DNA of 61,322 bases, filler included, from Piptocephalis cylindrospora (Eukaryota): the NCBI GenBank assembly GCA_003614145.1. It is 6 parts of 6 records of this genome, joined end to end, with 100 filler letters (N's around TTAATTAATTAA, not from the genome) between each part and the next. Parts side by side here need not be neighbours in the genome. Positions count along the whole stretch, not along the records: positions 20,578 to 30,721 come from KZ988049.1; positions 30,822 to 40,959 come from KZ988050.1; 4 more parts are not named here. One strand, written 5' to 3'. The translations under genes and the position numbers were made by a program. Under the pieces are notes generated by a model. It had not been told where the DNA came from, did not search any database, and saw only the letters and a list, made by a program, of their open reading frames with translations. Below are positions 26,025 to 36,174 of this stretch, piece by piece; positions within the stretch are counted from its first letter, which is position 1, and every line of letters starts with the position of its first letter.

Positions 26025-27907
26025 GTTTGGAAGGGAGTGGGGGACGAGGATAAACTCAGCAAGAGGAAGGGTGCACTAAACGAGGAGAGAGGGAAAGATC
26101 TTTTTAAAGGAAAAAAAGAAGGTATCTAAGAACGGGACGGGGATACGAGGACAGCAAAGGACGGGGAGCACCGGGGTGGGAGAGAGAGGGAGAAGGATCA
26201 GGGACGTCAACGAATCAGGAATGGATGGGATGACAGGAGGGGGAGAGAGGAGGGTCGAACGTCCTGACACAAACAAAGGAAAGGGAGAGAGGAGAGAAGA
26301 AAGAAGGGGAAAAGGACACTAGATGATAGGACCGGAGAGGGAGGGGGGAGGGATAGGGGCTAATAAAGGCAAGAAGAGGAGGAGGGTGAAGGAGGAGGAG
26401 GAATGGGCAGGAAAAGCAATCGGCCTGGCCAAGGGGACAGACGTGTGCAGAAGACAGGGTATGAGATGGAATGATGGAGATAGAATTGCGCGCATGTGTG
26501 CAGGGCGAGATCTGGGAATGGCAGAACTAGCAAAGAGTGTGTGTACGGGGTGGGAGAAGGGAATAGGGGAGGTGACGATGGAGGAGATGGAGGAGGAGGA
26601 GGCTGCATCAACGGACATCAGGGTCCCATGAGCAGCAAGGCGGGTCGGGGATAGGGTGGGATGAAGACTAGGAGGGAAAGGAGCGAGAGTTTGGAATGGA
26701 GGACAGGGTCATTGGAGAGGAGAGGAAGACTGAATTAGACAGAGAAGCTGAGCTCGATGTTAGGCGCGGGAGAGACAGGATGACTGGCTAAAGAGGCAAG
26801 CCAAGGCAGCTGCCCCACTAGCCCCAGGATATCCCGAAAGTCCCAGTCAGTCGGATCACTTACTCTTGCAGAGCGCACCCGGGTAAACGGAGCTGGCCAG
26901 CTCTCACTCCATATTACTTTCCCTGGCCCGGTTGGCATTGGGATGCACACACACACACACACACACATACACTTATAGCCTCTTGGTTTTCTTCCCCAAT
27001 CTCACTTGAGGGTACAGGAGAGGATGCAGGTCCAAATGAGTGTGACCCTGCTGTGCCATTAAGAGGATACTTTGCGTCCATGGAGACACATTCACAAGCA
27101 CTTGGTCTACAGAGAGGTCGGAGCTGGAAGGCTGGGAGTAACGATGAGGTGTGGTGAGAATAAGCGAAACAAGTCCCAACACGGAAACTTAAGACTCCGG
27201 TAGGCTGAGTTGGGCGGGATAGTATCTAGACAGTGGGTTAGGCAGTGGATTGGGGGAGATGCCCAAAATGACATTATGTCCCTCCTTGAAAAGAAAGACT
27301 AGAGAAGTGAGGGGGGGAGGGAGGAGGTAGACACAGACTCCTCCGTACCTTAAAGTGTCAAGGAATTCACACAAGAGTGCCCAGAAAGCCCTTGCTTGAG
27401 GGGTGGCTTTGTTGTCAGAAGAAAAAGGTCCGAAAGGATCAATCGTACTGCACGCGGGGTTGGAGGGTGAGAGGTGAAAGGGGGGGAGGGGGAGGGGGTG
27501 GAGCATGACCAGGAAAAAACGTGGTTTCCAGACCTTGATCTTCATGGGGCTGTAAGACAGGGTAAATAGAGAAAGGGGTGGGAGATTGGACTGCCCTTGA
27601 TATGGTCAATATGTTAGGTTCATGAATAGAGAAACTATAGATGCCGTTTCCAGATAAACTATTTCCAAAGGAAGGGGCATTATCATGCTTTGGCGATTCA
27701 ATTCAAAAGCGCCTTCTTTTTCCAATAGGAGTGTAAAAGGGGGTGAGATGGTTCTGAGCTTGAATAGAGCGCATCTACTATAACAGCACGATCCCTACGG
27801 AGAAAGCAAAAGCCATCCTAATGATCCAAGTGACTACGATCTTGTCGGATCATGAGAGTGGTCCTTACCATGACGCTCTCGATTGACCAGGTAGCTACTG
27901 TTGCTCC

Positions 27908-27968
27908 AAGGAGGAGGAGAGGGAGAGAGGGAGAGAGGGAGAGGGAGAGAGAGAGAGAGAGAGAGAGA
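27908..27968 (+). repeat. Purine-rich (GA)n microsatellite
   Basis: GGA/GA runs visible directly. Confidence 0.85.
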
Positions 27969-28369
27969 AAGGGACATTCTGGAATTGAATTCAACTTTTT
28001 TAATTAACAAAAGCTGCTCATTGTCCTGGAGTAAAATCGTTTCTACTCAAAACATTCAATTTTAAACACATTCTAGTCGCATCGAATGGGAAATTGTGCC
28101 AAGTTTCAGAGGAAATTCCGTGGTAAATTCCTCACGTAAAACGTAGACTATTTACACTCCGCCACATCCTCACACACATCCTTTCGTTGATATGTTCATC
28201 CTTGGCATAAGGAGGATAGAGAGAGAAAGAGGAAATGGTGCTTAGCTCTTTGTTTCCTTCTTACCCCCCCCCTGGTCCTGACATTTCAAAGCCTCTCTCC
28301 TCCTTCCATCCCGTCTCCTCCCTTTCTTCGATCCCCTCCCCTCTTTTCCCTCATCCTATCAACGTACAA

Positions 28370-29582
28370 ATGGCCACTCCAATCGACTGGTTCAAGGAGT
28401 TACCTCCAGTAACACGAGTGTTTGTTCTCTGCACTACCGTGGTTACGCTGGCCGTGGTGAGTTTCCCTTTGGGTTGTTGTGGGTGAGTAGGCGCTGGTGC
28501 CCCCGATGTTTCTCTCACACGCACACACCCACAGCAATTGAAATTGGTCGATTGGTACCACCTCTTCTACAATGGAAGTCTGGTCTTCAGGACAGGACAA
28601 TACTGGAGATTGGTAACGACCTTTCTATACTTTGGAAATTTCTCTCTGGATTGGGTCTTTCACATGTACTTTACAGTCCGATACAGTCGATTACTGGAGG
28701 AAACCTGGTTCCGTCATCGGGTATCGGATTACGTGTGGCTGAACCTGTTTGCCTGCATCTCCCTACTGGTAGGAGTGTGTGGAGTGAGTAATGGAGTGAT
28801 AGAGAAGAATTTTATCTCATCCACGTCCCCTTCCTCTGTAGATCCTCGAACCGTTTTCGAAAAACCCATTTTTAGGCTACACATTAACATATGTTATTGT
28901 GTATCTTTGGTCCAGGAGGGAACCGTACGCCCGTATGAACTTTATGGGTCTTTTTATCTTTCGGGCTCCCTATCTGCCCTGGGTGCTGTTGATGTTCAAT
29001 TTTCTCATCAGCGGACAGTTCCCCGTGAGTCATCTACAGGGCATTGGCATTGGCCACATCTACTTTTTCCTAGAGGACATTTGGCCTCGACAAGGCGGTA
29101 GACGTTGGATGAAGACTCCCAGGTGGTTGTAAGTGAAGGACAGAGAGGGGGGAGGGGGGGAGGCTGGGAAGATGGCTTTCTCATTTCTTGATCCTGAACC
29201 ACGGAATAGTGCCCGGCTATTTGGCGAAGGAGATGAAAGGGTCGAGCAAGGGGACGAATGGGTCAATGAGCCATTGGCCATTCCCACTGAACATTCCAAT
29301 GAGACCACCCCAGCCCCGATAGAGAGGGATGGTTCCCCTAACGTGGAGGAGAGGATCAACTCGTCCTCCGTCGAGGATACCCCGCAAGGGGAGGAAGAGA
29401 CGAGTGAGGGAAAGGGTACGTCCAGATCCTCCTCTCCCCCTCCATCTTACTCGGAGTGCCAAGGATCAGAAAAGGGAGGGGAGGGCGTGTCCACTTCCAC
29501 TGCATCCTCATCCTCTACAGCGTCTACCAATGATTTAAGAGAGCGATCGAGCGCACAAGAGACGGTGCGTACTTCAGATTGA
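28370..29582 (+). CDS. DER1: Derlin (ERAD rhomboid pseudoprotease), multi-exon
   Basis: WFKELPPVTR, QYWRLVTTFLYFG, RYSRLLEE, YLWSRR, RAPYLPWVL, GHIYFFLED. Confidence 0.93.
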
Positions 29583-30721
29583 GAGTGTGGTTCAGATCAA
29601 GGCCTTAAGGCGGACATGTGCAATGAAATCGAGCAGGTAGCCTCTTGCTTTATATATATATCTCAGTCCCCAGCAATCAAGAGGAGGGATGGAGGTGCGG
29701 TAAGGAGACTAGGGTGAACAAGCATTCTATCCGAGAAATGCAGGACATGAGATTCATGACTGGACATTAATCAAAGGTTGTGATTCCTTCCTTGCATGGT
29801 CAAAGAAGGACAGTAAAGCTTCTTGAATCTTCTGCTAGTCAGCTTTCGTTTATATCAAAATCGATATGATACCCATCGACGATCCCAATGTCCACGGGAG
29901 ACGCAAGTCTGCCAAGACCATGACACACTCCTCAAAACTTGCCTCCTTTTCCTGTAGGCACGCTCGATGCACGCCGGTCAAACCGAGGATCTCCTTTTCC
30001 TGCATCGACATGCACCATGGGTAGAATGAGTACTCCGTTTTGGATCGTTCCAGAAAAGACCTGTATGTCATCCCATGCTCTGTATCCGTGTGTCATGGCA
30101 TCAGTACCTGCCTGGTGGGGTCTATGAGCTTTGAACACAAAGGTCTGCCCATGCATGTGGATCCCCCATTGACACCTCCTAGGGCGTCTCCCACACTAAG
30201 CCTTTGATGCACGTCTTAATCCCTCTAGGGACATGCCGATGGTAGAGGGGTCTTGCAACATTTTACTAACAAAAACAGAGCTCAAGAGATGGAATGGGCG
30301 TCACATCCTTGATGCAGACAGGCCCCTGGCAGGTACGGGGCACGGACCCCCCCCCTTATGTTAAACATCCTTAAAAAGGAGAGGCAAGGGCGCACACACG
30401 CGCCTGGTCTGAGTTTCAAGCATGAACTCCTCTTTCCTTCCTTAATAGCTCGTGTTACTGTGCTCGTTACTCAACCGATGAGGAGAATACTGCCTTTCTG
30501 TCCTCCCATCTTGCTGCAAGTTTCCCTTCGGGGATGAATGGCGTTGGCGATATGAAACTCGTAATATCCTAGGGAAATGTACCTCGTCCTCTCTTGAGGA
30601 ATTGAAAGAGAGATCCATCCGTTCCAATGTGTCCGATGACCAGAAAGATTTTCGTCAGACCATGTGAGAGAGAGAGAAAGAACAATGCGATGGACGGGTG
30701 ATGTTTAACGACATGGCCCTC

Positions 30722-30821
30722 NNNNNNNNNNNNNNNNNNNNNNNNNNNNNNNNNNNNNNNNNNNNTTAATTAATTAANNNNNNNNNNNNNNNNNNNNNNN
30801 NNNNNNNNNNNNNNNNNNNNN
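30722..30821. other. Artificial contig linker
   Basis: N/TTAATTAATTAA/N spacer. Confidence 0.98.
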
Positions 30822-30983
30822 TCAGAGGAAAAAAGGTTGGAAAGAGAAGAAGCGGTAGGAAACATTGGGAAAGAGAGAGAAGAAGGCAGGCTACAGAACG
30901 CACAAAGAATCATTGCGCTGCGCCTTTTATAGAGCGAGCAGCACACATTCAAAAAGGTGTCCCCTATACTAAAGTTCAGCCGG

Positions 30984-32180
30984 CTACATCATCTTCCTCG
31001 CAAATACAGTGTGCTTGTTTGCTCTAAAAAAATAAGTGAACTTGACCCCACATGTATGCTGAGAGGTAGAAGGCGGGATAGGTTCGCATAGAAGAGCCTT
31101 CAAGTTCACTACACCCTCTACTCTTGATGCCCAATGAAGCTTGGAGAAATGTGATGAGTAGGGGAGCAAGCTAGGATAGTGCCCAATAATGGTCGCTGGC
31201 ATCTGGGTGAAGTTGGTGGTAACTGGAGTGGAAGGGTTCAAACAATTGGACAGGATCTGTAATGATGAAAATCATTACAAAAGTTTTCACGAAATTATGA
31301 AAGCTTGCCACAAAGTTTTCATTCCCCGACAGGTCTAGAACTGGCTAGTCTAGAACTACCATCCCATAATCCCTCCTTTCGTATATAAGGAACCCTTCTC
31401 GTCCCCCTTCCCTCAGACTTTGGAATACACATCAAATCTTGTCCCTCTGTTCTTGTTGCCTTGTTACAGGATCAAAGAAAAGATATTGGAGATAGATGTG
31501 TTGAACAGGATCAAAGGTGCTGACGGTGGATGGAATGGGGTGAGCGGATGAATGAAGGGTGAATCCGCATCAGCAGGTGATGACCACCAGTGGCCTACTT
31601 ATAGGTCCGATTCAGTCAGGGAAAGAGTGGGCGGATGGATGTAGACCTGATAATCACCAGCTCAATCCATGGTGATCAAAACTGCTTACATCAGCTAATG
31701 CATTCCTGCCGACACAGGCTCCGTATATCATCAGTGGTTTTCACATGGGCGCTGGCCTTGACGAATATTATTGTTTCATGCGCATTATTATTGTAATTTA
31801 AGGAGAATAGGGAAAGGGTATGATTCCCCCAACAGAGAGATAGTAGTATGTTATGTTGCTGCGCTACGTTCTGTATTTGCACTACCTTACTCTCTAGTTT
31901 ACTTGCAAATATGCCAAGGGTACAGGGCCATCCTCATCTTACTCCCATCTTTCCATCATTGCAGTAGCCAAGGTTAAATGGATAGAGGAGTTGGAGCCTA
32001 GGAAATTTGAGTCAGATAGCAGATAATTACCCACTTTGGTCATCTGACAACCCAGGATAAAGGACATCTTTTCTGCCCGGGATCGGAGAGTGAGGAAGAG
32101 GAATACATCCCTTCCATTCCTGATGGTCACAACGGCCCGGCCAGAGATCCCTTTCGTGACCGCTGGATCAATAGAACTCT
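30984..32180 (-). pseudogene. Highly degenerate Ty3/gypsy pol (RNase H-like) relics
   Basis: Frameshifted minus-strand fragments LHPDASD, ..LKAL..CGVKFTY, LLSLCWG and WIEL..DYQ..I..P resemble RT-RNaseH motifs; interrupted by a solo LTR. Confidence 0.4.
31258..31468 (+). mobile_element. Solo LTR, 211 bp, with 5-bp TSD GGATC
   Basis: TGTAA...TTACA termini, GGATC at 31253-31257 and 31469-31473, internal TATATAA box; near-identical inverted copy at 33255-33465. Confidence 0.9.
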
Positions 32181-33131
32181 CATTGTAATGATGGCATTAT
32201 TACAGGAAAACTCCGAACATGGGGTTCCTCCTTTTTAATCTATCGGGAATACGGGTCCCTTCGATAGATTAAATCAGTCCAATTTCCCCTTTTTCTCTTT
32301 CCTCCCTTTTCTCGTTTTTCGATCTATAAGAGGATACTCTTTTGTCCCCTTTTCGCTAGCATCTTTTCTGCCTCCCCCCTGTCCCCCCCTGTTTCTCTGC
32401 CTGTTTACACTTGTTATATAAAGGTCATCACAGAGCCCTTTTATCGCTCTTTGAGAATTGGCCAACTGAATTGCGCCTCCAATAAACGGTGGCCTAGCGG
32501 ACTAGCCCGGGGATGGGGGGCTATTGTACATTCAAGCAAAAAATACTACTCGGAATTTGATGTTTTAATTTTTCGCACCTCAGCTAAAGGAATAAAAAAG
32601 AACACCACAGCACATTGGAGTAGTCCTCAAGGAAATGGAAAATATTCTTAGGTCAAGCAAATAATCCGACTCGGATTTTTAGTAATTTATTTTTCAACAT
32701 CGGCTAAAAAATGAGGCTATGATGCATTGGAGGGACGAAGACATGGAGTCAGGGATAAAAATTCGAACGGCTCTAAGAAGGCACGAATTGCGTACCAGTG
32801 CCGGGGAAGCATAGAAGTTTTAAGTCGAAGAAAGGAGGGGTGAGGAAGGGGAAAGTAAAAAAAATATTATTTTTTGCGGCGGGGGATTAGCCATGCATAT
32901 CTATCCCCTGTATGCTGGCTCCCATAGTATGGAATAATAATAAATAATATATATAAATATATAAATAAAAAAAGGAAAACATTGCTATCACGCTACGAGG
33001 GCAGTGGCTGGCATAGGTGCCGCAGTAAGTACATGCCATTAAAGGCAATATATGCGCAAGGATAACGCTGTAAAGGATTTACCCCCCATTGTAAGGAGTC
33101 CATCCTCATCATCCCTTCTTCACCCCATACT

Positions 33132-33254
33132 TGTAACAAGGTAAGAGAGAAAAAAATATTTGATATGTGTTCCAAAACCTGAGAGGAAGGGACAAGGAGG
33201 GCGTCTTTTATAGACAAGAGAAAATAATGGGAGAGGGGATGATTCGGGGCAGGC
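33132..33254 (-). mobile_element. Partial diverged LTR of a related family abutting the younger LTR
   Basis: Starts TGTAACAAGG and aligns by eye with the first ~100 bp of 33255-33465 (ATTTGAT.TGT.TTCC.A..CTGA..GGAAGGG...TTTATA.AC). Confidence 0.55.
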
Positions 33255-33465
33255 TGTAACAAGGCAACAAGAACAGAGGGAAAAGATTTGATGTGTATTC
33301 CCAAGTCTGAGGGAAGGGGGACGAGAATGGCCCTTTATATACGAAAGGAGGGATTATGGGATAGTAGTTCTAGACTAGCCATTTCTAGACCTGTCGGGGA
33401 ATGAAAACTTTGTGGCAAGCTTTCATAATTTCGTGAAAACTTTTGTAATGATTTTCATCATTACA
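33255..33465 (-). mobile_element. Second LTR copy (211 bp), inverted relative to 31258-31468, no matching TSD
   Basis: Reverse-complement match to the solo LTR with few substitutions; flanks CAGGC and ACTGG differ. Confidence 0.88.
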
Positions 33466-33467
33466 AC

Positions 33468-34145
33468 TGGGAAGAAAAGCGGGCTGGCCTTCAAAACCAG
33501 AAGGCGGCGGCTGCTGAGCGTCGCATCCTGGCTAGCCGTGCGCGTTCCCGGGAATCTGCCGCCCAGGCCCCTCGGTTCCAGGACCAGGAAGTTCAGGTTG
33601 GCGGAGAATTTGGAGGTCCCCCCGAGCCGGCGGAGACCCCTACCACCGAATCCCGTATCAGGTCCCGTGCAGTCCAGCCAGTGGACCGCTTTGACCCGGA
33701 AAACCACCGGGACGATGGCTCCGATGACGACGAGCCCGAGGAAGAGGAGGAAAGGTCCGCCGAGGAGGACACCATGGACGACGACGACAGGGCATTCATC
33801 CGCGGAGACCTCGACGAAGCCCGTGGAAATGCCCCATACGCCCTTCCCTCCGAGCTCTCCGAATCCTCCGAGTCCGACGGGGAGCGCTCCAACTCCATCG
33901 AGGACGTCGAGATTGACGTCGAGGAGCTCGACCGCGAGCTTGAGGAACTCACCGGCCCCAACACCGGTGAGGGGGACCTCGAGTTGGATGACGAGGTTCC
34001 GTTGAGCGAGGCTGAAGGGAGCCAAGCCGAGGAAGGGGACGAGAGGGGGGAGGAGAGTGGGGAGGAGAGGGAGGAGTGGAGTGGAGGGAGGAAGAGGAAG
34101 CGGGCTGTGGCTGGCCCCAAGAGGGTCCTCCGCAAGCGTGGATAG
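33468..34145 (+). pseudogene. 5'-truncated ORF encoding an acidic low-complexity protein with a basic NLS-like tail
   Basis: Frame is open from the LTR boundary (WEEKRAGLQNQKAAAAERRILASR...) through the D/E-rich region to GGRKRKRAVAGPKRVLRKRG*; no ATG at the 5' end. Confidence 0.55.
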
Positions 34146-34459
34146 GCCCTCGCTAGAGCGGGGTGGGGTGGGGTGGGGTGGGATGGGGTGGGGCCAAGGG
34201 ATCAATATATCCCTTGCTTATACCCTCTGTTTTGTCATTTTTGCCTTGTTTTCACCCTCATCCCTCGTCTCCTTTGCCCACACTCTGATAATATGTGGGT
34301 GGCCTGCCAAGTACACTTTAACCGTTACACAGTGTCTATACCCACCACTACTAATCACAATACAAGTCCTGCATGCATATAAAGTATACGTTATGCTCAT
34401 GGTGAATTCATGCCCAAAATTACTCATAATATTCATTACAATATTCAATATATTCATAA

Positions 34460-34553
34460 ATCCATTTACTATCCATTTGTTATCCATTTACTGTCCATTT
34501 ATTATCCATTTACTGTCCATTTATTATCCATTTATCATCCATTTACTATCCAT
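34460..34553 (+). repeat. 11-bp minisatellite (ATCCATTTACT-like, ~8 copies)
   Basis: Tandem TCCATTT(A/G)(C/T)(T/C)(A/G) units seen directly. Confidence 0.9.
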
Positions 34554-35044
34554 ACCATTATTTATCGACCACAATATCCCTCATTCTCCAATATCACCTT
34601 GCATTGCTCAACCCTCATCCTGAGTTGATTTTCATTGAAAATTGACCCATTTTCCAGCTTGTCCCCCATCCACCCTTAGGTATGGCCCCATACTTTAGTC
34701 AAGTATACACCATATAAGTGCCTTTCTATCCAAGCTGAATACGTCCACATCCCATATCCCCCCACTAGACCATCCCAAAGTCCACCAGGGGGCAAACGAT
34801 ACTTTTGCGGATTTTTAAACGTGTCCGTAACTGTATGAATAGTGGCCCAAGCGTGATGAAATACACACCATTCAACTCGCCTCGTTCCGCTCCCCAAGAT
34901 GGTCTGATCACCAATGTTACACAAGACCTCTCTTTTCTCCAAATAAAATACAAAGTTCATTTTTCGCACTTTTTTACACAAATACCCTACTTTTAAAGCG
35001 CATTTCTGGCGCACCCTCATCCCACCATACCGTCATTTACCATG

Positions 35045-35127
35045 CCACTATATCACCATACCACTATATCACCATACCACTACGTCACCATACCACTACG
35101 TCACCATACCACTACGTCACCATACCA
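35045..35127 (+). repeat. 16-bp minisatellite CCACTA(TA/CG)TCACCATA x5
   Basis: Five near-perfect tandem units. Confidence 0.95.
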
Positions 35128-35339
35128 TAAGTAGCCTCACACTCAACCCATTTGAACTAGACCAAGTGCATACATATCCACTCTACATATACACTTTACA
35201 TGCATTATACATGCACTATACATACGCTATACATACACTTTACATATGCTCTACAGACACTATACAGAGGCTCTACATACGCCCTACAGACACTAGCAGA
35301 TGCTATACAGACACTATACAGACACTATACAATGCATAT

Positions 35340-35638
35340 ACACCACCATCAACAAAGCTCAGCTTTCTCATTTCTGAAGACACTTTTCTTGACCCATCAT
35401 AACCAACCAATATTCCAACCAACCCTCAGCCATTACCAACTCATTATCTCAACCCTAAGCCAACATTTTCAACCCTAGCCAACATTTTCAGCCCTAGCCA
35501 ACATTTTCAACCCTAGCCAACATTTTCAGCCCTAGCCAACGTTTTCAACCCTAAACTTCAAAGTCGAATATCTCGGCCCCAACTCAACCGTATGAAACGG
35601 GAGTTGATCCAAACGGTTCCTATGACTCATGTGACTGC
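35340..35638 (+). repeat. Single copy of the ~320-bp repeat unit, including a 19-bp array (AACCCTAGCCAACATTTTC x5)
   Basis: 35551-35638 nearly matches 40783-40870 (CTAAACTTCAAAGTCGAATATCTCGGCCCCAACTCAACC...CCAAACGGTTCCTATGACTCATGTGACTGC). Confidence 0.9.
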
Positions 35639-36174
35639 TTATTGGTTAGGGTTTAACCCGCTAACCAAATCGATTTGAAACCAAAAAAGTTCAAAATAAA
35701 TCGCCAGTTAAAACGGATGCTTTGGGCGTGGATTGCGGGAGCGGCAGAGGCACCAGGGAGATGATAAAAGAGCACAGGGCGAGGGGAGGGGCGTCTGAAG
35801 TGACCACCAAATTTTGGTCGAGCACAGACCATGTTTTTGACCAATGAAAGTCGGTGAAAGTCGGGAAATATTGTAACCGTCAAAAAGGCCCGGGAATGCA
35901 ATGCACTTGGTCTTGTTTAGATTGATTGGTTCATTAAAGAAATATTACCGACTATTGATCAGTATGTAATTTTTCCAAGTTGGGTCAGACTTTTTTTGGA
36001 CGGAAAGTACTTGGCCGTGTCCAGAAGGCGCTGCAGCAACCTATGGAAAAGTACAAATGCTTATTAAGATAATAATGAGGATGCTTCAGGTATAAATTCC
36101 AATTGATATATTTTTTGATTTTCATCCCACTTTTTAATAATAGGATTTTTAGTATTTCTCTGCCACCCGTACTC

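Noticed and set aside
25521..26631. Gly/Arg-rich plus-strand ORFs and similar antisense ORFs throughout the window
   Set aside because: These are shadows of Pro/Ser-rich coding strands or purine-rich UTRs.
26830..26860. GAAAGTCCC motif resembling RNase MRP/P helix P4
   Set aside because: No complementary 3' P4 strand was found downstream.
31258..33465. Single 2.2-kb TIR DNA transposon or DIRS-like element
   Set aside because: Each repeat has its own TGTAA...TTACA ends, the left one has its own TSD, and there is no TSD around the pair. Two LTRs explain it better.
35450..35553. True telomere tract
   Set aside because: AACCCT is embedded in a 19-bp unit, is internal to the contig and is not tandem TTAGGG.
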